DNA from: Selaginella moellendorffii | Taxonomy: Eukaryota > Plantae > Lycopodiophyta | Reading direction: 5' to 3' | Assembly (NCBI RefSeq): GCF_000143415.4 | Contig: NW_003314367.1 | Location: forward strand, 124,001 to 188,000 | Length of the DNA: 64,000 bases | Part shown: positions 50,944 through 62,283 of the stretch, piece by piece | How the letters are laid out: each line of letters opens with the position of its first letter | How positions within the stretch are numbered: the stretch's first letter is position 1 | Translations under genes and position numbers: made by a program | Notes under the pieces: generated by a model | Seen by the model: the letters and a program-made list of their open reading frames with translations, nothing else | The model's database searches: none | What the model was told of the DNA's origin: nothing

Positions 50944-51876
50944 TCACAAGCTAACGTATTTGGAGGGATCCACGGGATGGCCAAACTTGTCCCGGATCTC
51001 CCAGTGCAAGTGAGGACCAGTTGCTCGCCCGGTCTCTCCCACAGACGCGATGCATTCTCCTCTCCTCACTTGCCGTCCCTCCCATGTAAATATCTCGCTA
51101 TTATGCGCGTACAAAGTTTTCCATCCATCTCTGTGCGTAATCTAGAGGAAAAAAAAAAAAAAAACAGTTAGAATGAAACGAGAAACCAATGCAGGTAAAC
51201 AGTGGAACAAGAAAGAAGAATTCGCAATGCAAGGCCAAAAAAGAGTGTTTTTCCATCCTCAAGAACAAGGAAAACGAGCAAGAAAGGAAAGAATTCGCAA
51301 CAAGGAGAAAGTTTTTCCACCCCAAGAACAACAAAACCAGGAAGAACAAAGAAGAAATTTTTTCCATACCTCTACAAGGTTGCCATAGCCACCAGGCTCC
51401 CATCCAGCATAAGTTACTTCTCCGGAGTCGGCAGCGAGCACTGGCTCTCCAATTGGAGCCGCGAGATCGACGCCATTGTGGTGCCTCCCCCATCTCGGCC
51501 CAAATCCAGAGCTCAGCACCCACATTGGATCCAGCGGTCTCATAAATCCCGAAGATCCAACCAGGGACTTCTCGGCAACCTCATCCGCCAGTGCCAGGGA
51601 TGCTGCTGACGGTCGCTTCACCCAGGGCGGTCGATCGTCGGGAAAAGAAGGAGAATTCTCTAAACTGCTACTACTACGCTTAACGATGCTGTTCTTGATC
51701 CACATTCCAAGAAAGCGCTTCTTGTGCGGCGATTCTTCCTCCTCCTCGTCGAGATTTCCAGGCCAGGAGAGGCTGCGCGTCAGCGACTCGACGCCCCGGC
51801 GCCCGGAATCCAGCGCCTGGATCACCAGCTTGTGCATTGGCGCTGGGAGTGGAATTCCCACCGCGGCATACCTCAC
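50944..51876 (-). CDS. M23 (LytM) family Zn peptidase of cyanobacterial type; 5' end uncertain
   Basis: LSSGFGPRWGRHHNGVDLAAP...GGYGNLVE, intron, ITHRDGWKTLYAH...TGPHLHWEIR...VDP. HxxxD and HxH motifs intact. Confidence 0.88.
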
Positions 51877-52086
51877 TGGAGCTGCTTCGAGCGTGGATCA
51901 GCGTCGGCGCTCGCGATCGCCCTAGCAAAATATTTCGCGCTTGTTAAACCCTAACATGGTTCTTGGTAGAACAAGGCAAAAAAAAAAGAGGGGGAAAGAT
52001 TTCTTCAAAGCTCCAAAGGCACACATCCCAAAAGCCTTGGACCAAATCTATGCTCTCTTCTCTCTATCGCCAATCCAATCTATGTC

Positions 52087-52762
52087 CTAGACACGAAGCA
52101 CGACGAGCGCCGCCGCCGCGAATCCCGAGCTCCACCACCGCTGCCGCCGCTGCCACGACGCCGCCGCCGCCGAGCTGCTGAGATCGATCGCTGGAGTGCT
52201 CAAGTCGGCGGTGCCGCTGTTGGACCCTGCGCGAAGAACACGGGATTAAACGCTGGAGAGGATTCTTTCCACTCACCTCCCTCCGGCTGCGTCGACCAGG
52301 AAGGATCTCCGCGCAAAAGAGCTGCATTGATCGAATCAGTGATATTTCGAGAGGAAATCGAGAGGAACCACTCCAAGAAACGATCCAATCCAAGAAGAAG
52401 ATCGAGGAGAGGGCAAGGAAGGGAAATCTACCAGGGCATCGATCCGGATTGACCTTCAAGTGGCACGCATCCGGCAGCAAGAAGGCGAGGGTAAGATTGA
52501 TCCCGGGCGTGGGCGGCTGGTTCTTCTCGCTGGCGATCAATCGACACAGGCAAGGTGCGCTCTTGTTGTGGACGTCGCGCAGCACCGAGCAGCACACCGC
52601 CGTGGGCTTCTCCCCGGAGTACTGGACGAAGGGCAAGCACGGCTCCAGCTCCGTCAAGATTGGGATACACTCGGTCCCTGGCGGCAGGCTCGCCGACGCG
52701 CGCAGCAGCAAGATCGAGCAGCACAAGATCGCTGCCACTGCCACCGCCGCGCGACGATTCAT
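52087..52762 (-). CDS. Non-specific lipid transfer protein, GPI-anchored (LTPG/xylogen-like), 3 exons
   Basis: Signal peptide, 8-Cys pattern (C-C-CC-CxC-C-C, with CLC), Ser/Ala-rich tail and hydrophobic C-terminus. Confidence 0.85.
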
Positions 52763-53006
52763 CCTACCGATCGATCCCTCTCCAGCAATCCTGTCCGAAA
52801 TATCTCGATCCCTTTGCCTGTTCTAGCTAGAAATCTAGCGGCGTTCCTATTCCCTCACATCTACATCCCCCTCGCGCCATTCGCCGGCGCCGCTATCGAT
52901 CCATCGCCTTCTCCAGGGCTTGTTGCGCCATCGCCACCATAGCTGGGAAGAACAAAGCTTGAAAAAAGGCTCGCTTTTCTTGTGTGAAACGAGAGAGCCC
53001 TGCCTC

Positions 53007-53052
53007 GCTCTCTCTCTCTCTCTCTCTCTCCCTTTGTGTGTGTGTGTGTGTG
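53007..53052. repeat. Compound (CT)n/(GT)n microsatellite
   Basis: Direct observation. Confidence 0.9.
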
Positions 53053-53362
53053 TTTAAGCAAGCTGCGCTGCGCTGTCTGCCTGTCCCGGCATTTATTGAG
53101 TCGATGTGGTGCAGTTAATGCCCAGGAGAGAGGAAAGGTGGCGGCAAATGCCATACACTTCGAAGAGCAGCCCTAGTTGACTAATCAATGGTCAGTCAAT
53201 TAAGCATTGACTCCTTTAGTAGATTGCCTGTGGTCTTCTAGTACATTGACTATATGGACCATGGACTTATGTTCTTTCAAGCTTGTCAGGTACTGTATTA
53301 TTTAAATGTAATGTTAAACGATAAAAAATCGGCCACTTATTCGTTGACCCTCTCTTTGACTG

Positions 53363-54833
53363 CTACAAGACGTTGAAGAACTCGGGGAGCGACGCAACTC
53401 TCGGGAGGTTGACCAGCAAATCCCCTGCAGAAAACTTTCTTGAAATCACACTAACTTCCTCGGGCGGCATCTGCGGGTGTGGAAAGTTTGCTTCCACCGC
53501 TGCTGCTGCTGCTGCTTGTGTTGTCAAAGGATTTGCCGGACTATATGTCTGATTTTGGTCCGGCACGAAGTGATCTTGATCTGTTGGGCACATCATGAAG
53601 CTCTCAAGATCGGCTTCGCCCAGCCACGCCTTGGTTGGGCTTTGGTGGACCTGTGGGTTTGAGCTCTGCCGGCTCGTGCCCGCGACGTGATCTTCGACCA
53701 GGAAATCTGAGAGCGCAGTGGCGGATGCGGCGAAATCGTAGTCTGACCAGCAGCTTGCACCGCTGTTCATCATCGTTCTGTTGTCCATCATTGCCATGGC
53801 TTGATTCTCGTCGATGCATGGCAGATTCATCACTGCGCAAGCGAGGCTCTGGTCAGGAGAAACATCACGAGAATCGGAAAACTGAACCTGAGACTGGAGA
53901 GAAAAGTGGGGCATAAGTTGGCCAGCTTGCTTGGTGATCTAGTTGCTGCTGTTGCTGTAGCAAGGTCTGGCAATGTTGCTGTTGATGATAATGTTGCAAT
54001 TGATGAGGCTGGGGTTGCACTAACGGCCGGGATTGTTCTTGAAGAGCTAATGGCATTTGCTGGTGATCAGTAGCTTGGTCGGGATTCAAAGTTTGCAATG
54101 TCGAAATGCTCCGCAATCGCTCATCATATTTCATAAGCCTCTCAAAGTGCTTGTTGAGGACACCACAAGCGAATCGCAAAGTGTGCTCTCTGCAAAGAAA
54201 CGAGCCAGCTCGATTAATATGACACAAAACTTGGTGGAAAAACAAAGGACCAACCTACAAACACTTGCTTGGCCACCCGTAAAATCTTCTGCAGGATGCC
54301 ATACAGTGTGCTTCCGAGGTTGTGGATCATGCTCCGTGTAAAACACCGGGGGCTTGGAAACCTTTTAAAGGAAATATCTATGAGAAACGGGCAAAAGGGC
54401 AAAAGGAAGGATAGAGAAATTGATATGAATTGGGAGGTACCTCTATGATCAACGTTCCCTCTGACAAACTTGCATGCAACCCTGTGACATCGCCCCATTG
54501 GATTTCCATCTTGTTCATGAGCCCCCTCTCCAGAATTTCCCATATCAACCTTCGTTTTGCATAGTAGAACTTTGCGACGATTTCTCCCTCATTTGCGGCA
54601 CTACGCTGGTCACAACTCTCATGAGAAATCGCTCAAAGTTTTCTAAGAGCACAAAAAGCCATTACCTTCCAGCTCCCAATCTCGATTGAAACAGCAGCGA
54701 TGTTGGAAGCTTTCACCTTGTCAGGAACCGGAGCCCTAGCAACCGTTGGAGAGATCAAACGCGACACGAGATCCAGCAGCGATGGAGTCTTCCGGAGCGT
54801 GAGCCCTAATGGTAACGGACTTTTCTCTGCCAT
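53363..54833 (-). CDS. Plant ASG1-like (PH-like domain) protein with Gln-rich linker
   Basis: PLGLTLRKTPSLLDL, KVKASN, AKFYYAKRRLIWEIL, PQPRKHTVW..AEDFTGGQAS, and C-terminal SRKFSAGDLLVNLPRVASLP. Confidence 0.82.
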
Positions 54834-55611
54834 CCTTGCCCTAACTTTAGGGGAGGAGCCCTATAACAGCTCCTTATTTTTCCCATAAAAGGGATTCTCA
54901 TAAAAGGCTTGGGTAATGTAATTTTCCCTGAATCGAGGAGTCGTACAAAAAATATATTTACTGATGATATAGTAGAAGCTTTCTTTCTTAGTTGTTTCCC
55001 TATGTTTTCAAACTCTACACCTTATTCTTTCCATTGTATCTTTATTGACTGCGACGACATAATTCTTGCAAACAAGGAAACAACCTCATCCCTCGCAATA
55101 CATGTCACACATGCCATGGAGGCATACCATAATCAGAGACATCAAACCGCCGAGGAAGATAAGACCGGGCCAGTGAGCGCTAGAGCGACGTGCCACGGAC
55201 GCGAAAACGATCATCCAACTTGCATTTTTGCATCCATCGGTCTCATGCTTCCAATTGGACACCTCCAGAATAACATATAGATGCATAACGTGGCAGATAG
55301 ACTGCCACTTTACGTCTACGCGTTTGCGCCTGTGCTCGTGCGTTTTGACTGGCGCTCCAGTAAGAAAACAGCTAAAATCTGGAAGAACATGGATGATCGT
55401 AGAGGAGAGGCTGGTAAAAAAGCTTGGAGTAGCGTGAAATCGATCGTGATCAAGCACGACTTTGCTGACAACTCGTACGACTTTTGGAGCGAGTCCGTAC
55501 GATCATCGAGTATACATCTCGAGGATTGGAACAATTGGAGCCCTCATCATTTTCCCCTTTTCCTCGCCCTCTCAAAAGTAGTGGTAGTAGTAAAATAGAA
55601 CAGTAGAATCC

Positions 55612-57498
55612 ATGGCGGCCGCCACCAGTTCGAGCTCCAATTCACTGCTCAGTGCGCTCGACCGGGATCCTCGCACTGATCTCCGCCTTGGGCGAGCTCG
55701 GATCCAGTTCGGTGGCCGATCGGGGAAGAGGCTGTGCACGACGACGATCAAATGCGTCCACGAAGGAGAAGAACACGCGAGGAGATCCGGAAGAACCAGC
55801 GACGTCAATCGCCGCGAGTTCGTCCTGGGATCAATCGGCGGAGGGGCAGCCGCCACACTCCCAGTAGCAGGCGCGCTCGCCAATCCGGTGGAGCTCGGCA
55901 GCTTCTCATCGTGCTCGCCAGCAGAGCTCCCCCCCGGCGCGACGCCAGTGAATTGCTGCCCGCCGCCAAACTCCAGCCCGATCGTCGACTTCCAGTACAA
56001 CACCCGCCTTCCGTCGCGCCTCCGCCGCCCCGCCCATCTCCTCCGCCCGGACGAGATCGCGCGCTACAACCGCGCCTATCAGCTCATGCGCGCTCTCCCG
56101 GCCAGCGATCCCCGCCGCTTCTCCCAGCAAGCCAACGTCCACTGCGCCTACTGCAACGATTCCTTCCGCCAGGCCAACAGCCGGAGCGAGCTCCAGATCC
56201 ACGACTCGTGGCTCTTCCTCCCCTGGCATCGCTGGTACCTCTACTTCCACGAGAGGATCCTGGGCAAGCTCCTGGGCGATGACACCTTCGCGCTTCCATT
56301 CTGGAATTGGGACAACCAGGCCGCCGGATCGCCGCTCGCGAATGTCATCCCCTCCGCCTACCTCAATCAAGCGCCCCTGATCGATTCACTGCGCAACCAG
56401 CAGCATCTCCCTCCCCGGCTCGTGGATCTGAACTACTCCGGCCAGGACAGTGGGCCGATCCCACCGGATTCCACCCAGCGCGCCGAGAACAATGCCCTGA
56501 TGTTCCAGCAGATCGTGAGTGGCGCTAGGACCCCGAGCTTGTTCTTCGGGCAGGCCTACCGCGCTGGCGACGCCAATGCCCCTGGCGGAGGAACCCTAGA
56601 AAACGCCCCCCATGGCACTGTGCACGTCTGGACTGGCAGCGCCGCGGCGCCCAATCGCGAGGACATGGGGACGCTCTACTCGGCCGCCAGGGATCCGATC
56701 TTCTTCGCGCACCATGGAAACATCGATCGGCTCTGGGTCGTGTGGAAGACGCTGCCCGGCGGGAGGAGGAGAGACCCCACCGACACCGACTGGCTCGACG
56801 CGAAATTCCTCTTCTACGATGAGAATTCGCAGCTCGTCCGCGTGAGAGTCCGCGATGCGCTCACGACCGAGCAGCTAGGGTATTCTTACCAGGACACCGG
56901 CGATGCCTGGGCGAGCGCCAGGCCGACGATCGTCGCTGGGGCGAGAAATCTCGTCTCCAATGCCGCGGTGGATTCTCCTGCCGTGGCCGCTGCCGCTGGC
57001 GACGACGACGACGACGGCATCGAGGAATTCGGCGAGGCGACGGAGGGCAGGGTCAAGAAACTCGAGGACGTCTTCAAATCCAAGGTGAAGCGCCCGATCA
57101 AGGAGGACCTCGCCAAGATCAAGGAGAAGCTGAGGATCGGCAAGAAGGAAGAGGAGGAGGACGACGAGGAGGAAGAAGTTCTAGTGATCCAGGGCGTGGA
57201 GATCGACTGCGATAGGGCGACCAAATTCGACGTGTACATCAACCTGCCGGGCGCGGACGAGAACACGTCGTGTAACGTAGCGGAATATGCTGGGACGTTC
57301 GTCAACGTGCCGCACTTTGGGGACCGCCGCGGCGGGCCTGGTCACATGAGGACCACGGACCTGCGGCTGGGAATATCCGACACGCTGGACCAGCTGGGCA
57401 TAAAAGATGCCAGGAATATTGTCGTGACGCTGGTGCCCAGGGGCGTTGGGAGGCTGGACCCTATCAAGTTTAAAGGCTTCAAGATCGAGTATGAGTGA
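55612..57498 (+). CDS. PPO: Polyphenol oxidase, thylakoid-targeted, intronless
   Basis: Tat motif NRREFVLG, CuA HCAYC/HDSWLFLPWHR, CuB HGTVH/FFAHHGNIDR, DWL and KFDV domains. Confidence 0.96.
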   Translation: MAAATSSSSNSLLSALDRDPRTDLRLGRARIQFGGRSGKRLCTTTIKCVHEGEEHARRSGRTSDVNRREFVLGSIGGGAAATLPVAGALANPVELGSFSSCSPAELPPGATPVNCCPPPNSSPIVDFQYNTRLPSRLRRPAHLLRPDEIARYNRAYQLMRALPASDPRRFSQQANVHCAYCNDSFRQANSRSELQIHDSWLFLPWHRWYLYFHERILGKLLGDDTFALPFWNWDNQAAGSPLANVIPSAYLNQAPLIDSLRNQQHLPPRLVDLNYSGQDSGPIPPDSTQRAENNALMFQQIVSGARTPSLFFGQAYRAGDANAPGGGTLENAPHGTVHVWTGSAAAPNREDMGTLYSAARDPIFFAHHGNIDRLWVVWKTLPGGRRRDPTDTDWLDAKFLFYDENSQLVRVRVRDALTTEQLGYSYQDTGDAWASARPTIVAGARNLVSNAAVDSPAVAAAAGDDDDDGIEEFGEATEGRVKKLEDVFKSKVKRPIKEDLAKIKEKLRIGKKEEEEDDEEEEVLVIQGVEIDCDRATKFDVYINLPGADENTSCNVAEYAGTFVNVPHFGDRRGGPGHMRTTDLRLGISDTLDQLGIKDARNIVVTLVPRGVGRLDPIKFKGFKIEYE

Positions 57499-57627
57499 AA
57501 AAAAATTTCACTGTATGTTTTGATTCTGTGGAATAATTTAACCATACTTCTGTCAACATTGACCTAAACAGCGATACCAAGGATTTCTAAAATATAGCTC
57601 TCGGTCTTCATCTTGAAGCGCAGGAAA

Positions 57628-57709
57628 CGTGAACGGCAGGATTCGAACCTGCGCGGGCAGAGCCCACATGATTTCGAGTCATGCCCGATAACCACTCCGG
57701 CACGTTCAC
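57628..57709 (-). tRNA. tRNA-Ser(CGA)
   Basis: GTGAACGTGCCGGAGTGGTTATCGGGCATGACTCGAAATCATG...CCGTTCACG. Perfect acceptor stem; differs from the 39557 copy at 2 positions. Confidence 0.95.
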
Positions 57710-58430
57710 ATTGGTGAAAGAAGTTAGCAGCATTTTGGTAAAGTTTCATGGGGAGGACAAAGACGATACTTTGGCATTTGACTCATTGTGGATGAGTGGA
57801 AGTGTTTCTGGACAAAATCATATAACAGCAAATCTAACAGTTAAATCCTGCAGTCCACAAGAGAAAAGATGAAGAATTAAATACATGATAGACTAGTTAA
57901 TCAATAACTAGAGTAGTTATAGGATCATCACGTTCGAAAGAGAATTTATGTTAGAGGACAACAAAGATTTTGAGGAAATCAGCAAGATTGTGTCCATGTG
58001 GTGGAATATGTGCTTCAGTTAATATATTACTGGAAACATTAAAAAACTTTTATATTGGGATCTGCCATATGCAAAGCACAAAGATATATTACCGACGGAT
58101 CATGTTTTTTGTGACTGCCATAACACCTCCACACTCCAAAGAAGACAACGAAACCCAACATATCCAAGTAAGTTCGCGTTTGTTTTTTCGTGTGATCAAC
58201 GATGGCAAGAGTTCTTCCTCCTTGGAGACCTGCTGGAGCTGCAAAGACGCTGCCACTGTCACCACGAGCGCTACGACGAGCAGGTCCTGGTGCGGTGCCA
58301 CCTCCTCCTCGGCAAGCAGGGCAAGCAACTCCTCCACGGCAGTGATGACTTCTGTTTGTGGGAGCTCGATCTTGGCTCCAGATCCAAGATACCAGAGTAA
58401 AAAGGCTCTGAATTAGGGCGAGAGGGCAGA

Positions 58431-59324
58431 ATGGAGGTTGTGGAGGACAGGCGCGTCAGAGTGTTGTGCTTCCAAGACGACGGATTCAGGAGCACAATGG
58501 AGGACGCTCACTCTGTAGCGGCATGCGCCGGGGGCAACGTCTCGTTGATAGGTGTGTATGACGGACACGGCGGGGATCAAGTGGCACGCTTCTGCGCCGG
58601 CAGCATGAGCACCATTCTGGATTGCAATCAGGCTTTCCGGGACGGCAACTATGCAAGGAGCTTGCATCAGGTATTCATGGAGGCAGATTCACGGGCTCCA
58701 GGTGCTGACTGCTGTGGGAGTACAGCGACCGTGGCTCTGGTTACCGATGACGGCCAGGTTTTTCTTGGCAATGTTGGCGATTCTTACTGCTGCTTGTTTG
58801 TGGATGGGTACGTGATGGATATCAGCCAGGAGCATGACTGCAAGTGTCCTGGGGAGCTAGACAGGGTCGTCAAGGCGGGTGGCTATGTGGAGAGGGGCTC
58901 GAAGGGACGCATAACTTTGGCTGGCAAGGAAGACGATGTCGATTCGCTCATGGTGACCCGCAGCATTGGAGACTGGTCATTCAAGAGCAATCCGCAGCTG
59001 AGTCGAGAAGAACAAGCCGTGAGTGCCGTTCCGGACATTGTCAACTTTGAGATTTCCAAAGGCTGCCACTTCCTTATTCTTGCTTCGGATGGAGTGGATA
59101 AAAACAGCATAGACGATTACCATTGTGGACAGATTCAGAAGGCGTTGCAGGCCAGAGACTATGAACAACTGAAGCAGGTTGTCTACAAGATCTTAGCGTC
59201 TTTGAAGAACGACAACCAAACGCTGCTCTTGGTCGAGTTGAAGGCAGCTACTAAGCAACAAGTTCATTCATCGCCTTCATTCACAATGTCTAGTTGGTAC
59301 ACGAATCCGAGCTTGTATCAATGA
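58431..59324 (+). CDS. Protein phosphatase 2C (PPM), intronless
   Basis: RSTMEDAH, VYDGHGG, GSTA, NVGDS, TRSIGD, LASDG and DN motifs. Confidence 0.88.
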   Translation: MEVVEDRRVRVLCFQDDGFRSTMEDAHSVAACAGGNVSLIGVYDGHGGDQVARFCAGSMSTILDCNQAFRDGNYARSLHQVFMEADSRAPGADCCGSTATVALVTDDGQVFLGNVGDSYCCLFVDGYVMDISQEHDCKCPGELDRVVKAGGYVERGSKGRITLAGKEDDVDSLMVTRSIGDWSFKSNPQLSREEQAVSAVPDIVNFEISKGCHFLILASDGVDKNSIDDYHCGQIQKALQARDYEQLKQVVYKILASLKNDNQTLLLVELKAATKQQVHSSPSFTMSSWYTNPSLYQ

Positions 59325-59526
59325 ACTGCGTCAACTCTGAGCTTGTTCGCGAATGTCCCTGCATCAAGACCATAAACCGCACACCCTTAACAGCGAGTTC
59401 ACGAGGCAATGTTCCTAAGGTCTGTAGCAGGATAGCAGTCTCTGAAAGCATCTAGTTTGTATTTTGGTGTCAGTTTGGTAAGTCAACAACAGGTGTAGCT
59501 TCGCCCAGAGATACGCATCAACAAGA

Positions 59527-59750
59527 GATGCGCTCACAACCGAGCAGCTGGACACCGGCAATGCCTGGGGGCAACGCCAGGTCGACGATCATCGCTGGGG
59601 CAAGAACCAATGCTGCTGTGGATTCTCCATCTCTGGCCGCTCGACGACCACGACGGCATCGAGGAATTCAGCGAGGCGATAGAGGGCGAGATCAAGAAAC
59701 TCGAGGACGTCTTCATGAAGCGCCCGATTGCCAGGATCAGACGATCGGCA
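59527..59750 (+). pseudogene. PPO fragment, degenerate copy of ~56854-57140
   Basis: gatgcgctcac..ccgagcagct...ggcatcgaggaattc...aagaaactcgaggacgtcttca, with multiple small deletions. Confidence 0.88.
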
Positions 59751-60213
59751 TTTGAAGTCGAAAGTATGTTAGAATGTTGAGAAAGTGTTGGTCACGTAAG
59801 CACAAATTCATTCATTCATTTATAAACAACTTCAAGCATCTTATGGCTTCATAGTTTACTAGAACCTATAAGATGACTTTAATTTTTTATTTTGTGTATG
59901 CAAACAGTATATAAAATGCATTTTGTTGAGTCGATAGCCGATGAAAAATCCCAGCGTCCGCGTGGGAGTCCGCAAGCTGCGCCATTCCAGGCGATGGAGG
60001 GAAATCAAGAACAAAGCCAAGGTGACGCGCCCAGCTTTCGCAACTAATGCGACCGTCATGTAACATAGCAGGATATGGATCAAATGGGCTTCCAGAACAC
60101 ATACGTCCCATGTGCCGATCTTTGAAAGAGGCCAATTCTCCTTTTGATCTCAAAACTTGAATATTTTTGGGACTTAGTTTCTTTAGTTTCCCAGCTTACG
60201 TGAAACTATTCTA

Positions 60214-61270
60214 TCACCGGCCAGTTCTTCTATGGTTTATAACAGTGTCCAAACACCAATTTCCGTCAAACTTGTCACCCGTGATGAATCCTGGATGGTA
60301 CCGGGCAGAGGGTAGTGATAGTAAACGTGTTGGAGAGAATAGTAGGAAGACACTTAAGATACTTCACAAACTCGTCTTTACCTTCACCTCTTGCCTGAGC
60401 GATCAGAATGTTGTGGTAGTACATGAATTCTTGCTTCGTGTCCATGACCATATTGCAAACCTTGTCCGCTGCACTCTGGAATGTCTCCACCTTTGGATCC
60501 GAAAGAAGCAGCAACACTGGAAGATTCAGCAGTTTGTTGCATACGAACTCCTTCGCAAACGGGAGAATATCGTTGTGCATAGATACATAGTTAATCCCGG
60601 CATTTCGCAGAATTAGATAGTCCTCTGATTCCATGTCCACGTCCGGAACTGCGACTTCAAGCGCCATCTCTATGGAGCTGAAGATAGGCTCTAATAAGAC
60701 TTCAAACCTTCTCCATTCGATATACTGCTTGACAGATGACAACTTGGGCCTGCTTGCCATTCTGCTGAGTGCATACCTCTCAAAACTGTGCTACAAAATG
60801 AGCATACACTATGGATGATCTTATCTCAGTAACAAGCTCTTTAGTGGCACTGGAAGGTGATTGTCCGATGCCTGGATCTTGACTTCAGGATTGTGTAGAT
60901 GATTCAGGATTGTGGAGTAGTAATCTTGAAGAATGCTAGCAGTCTCAAGCAACCCCCCGTCAACCAAGTCGTCCAGTAATGTAGCCCACAAGCAGTACTA
61001 TGAGCATGTGAGAGCACTTTTCCTGGACCCAATCGGCACTACCGGAGTTCCGAACAGTGGGATCTCCCAATCTTCCAAAGCCTTTTTATCCGCGGCTGTC
61101 ATTTTTGGATCCATGAACTTGTATGCCCATTCATGGGCCTTGCTGGATGCATAAGCGCTATCTGGATGGCGAGGGACTGGAGGAATCAAGCTGGGTACCT
61201 TTGGGAGATGGAAATTCTTGGGGCCTAGCAACTTTCCAACAGCATAGATCTTCTCTAGAGCTGGAGCCAT
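60214..61270 (-). pseudogene. MTPSL pseudogene, full-length paralog of 44480-45556
   Basis: MAPALEKIYAVGKLLGPKNFHLPK..., LLDDLVD, HNDILPFAKE (S->P in the NSE motif). Several frameshifts. Confidence 0.92.
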
Positions 61271-61461
61271 GAAATGGAGCTATTTGATACAAAGCAACTA
61301 CAACCTTTATATACATTATTGTTGGTAAGAACACGACTCACAAAGAAAGTGTTGCAAAGACGTTAGAATGTTGCTCATGTAAGGAACAAAACAACTTTTG
61401 TATGGTCATCATAAAAGCTACAAGTCGTGGGAATATCTGAAGAGATACCAAGAATCTTGTG

Positions 61462-61562
61462 TATCCAGTTCTTCATAACAGTGTCCAAAACACCAGTTTC
61501 CATCAAACTCCATCAGCAGGGTGGTAACGTGTAGTGATATTCACGGGCGTTGGATAGAACTG
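61462..61562 (-). pseudogene. Third MTPSL relic (3' ~100 bp only)
   Basis: Reverse complement gttctatccaac...tatcactac...cgttaccaccc...agtttgatggaaactggtgttttggacactgttat matches the 3' end of the MTPSL CDS. Confidence 0.75.
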
Positions 61563-62283
61563 AGTAGTTTCAAGTTGCTGACCGGCCACCGCTTCTTTCG
61601 GATCCGGCGGTGGGGACGTTCCAGGGGCGGTTTGCAAGATGGTTCATGTCTGGAACTGTGACTGCGAGTGACATTTCTACGAAGCTGAAGAAAGGCTCTC
61701 CAGTCTATATACTTTTAAGTGATTCAGTTTTTATTGCTATAGAAGATGAAGAGAAAAAAAAAGAAACTCAATCACTGGATCAGTATGCACGATGCAAGGA
61801 TGACCAGCCAACACAAAAAGGCAAGAGTTACTTAGATTAAGTGGATTCTCTGAAAAAGAAAATGTTATGGATGTAAGCTATGGTTCTTTCTTATCAAGGC
61901 TGTTACATTTGTCACTGATGACCTATGATTGAATGTGGTGTGGTCAACTCTACCGAACATTGAGAAATATTGAGGCACTTGTTTTTGGAAAGATCGAGCC
62001 AAGATCTTTCTCCCCAAGATCACTCCTTCTCCAAAGCACTTTTAAAATTTTTTTTCCATATGGCCTTTCAATTCTTTCTTTGCTCTTTCTTTTACACTGG
62101 CTAGACCGCTGCCACGATGGATGCGAGGCAAAAGTGATCCAATGACATGAGCGGCGTTTTTCCGGTTGGCAGTCCACGTCATCCCCAGACCACGTGTTCT
62201 TGGTACATTGACCACACGCTCGCCTTGTGGTGACATTCATTCGTGGAATCCTCTAACCTAGCCCGCAGGTAGTGTTCTTGGCG

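Noticed and set aside
39557-61270. A single large inverted duplication carrying both tRNA-Ser and MTPSL
   Set aside because: The order is inconsistent (tRNA upstream of MTPSL in one copy, downstream in the other) and no flanking homology is visible.
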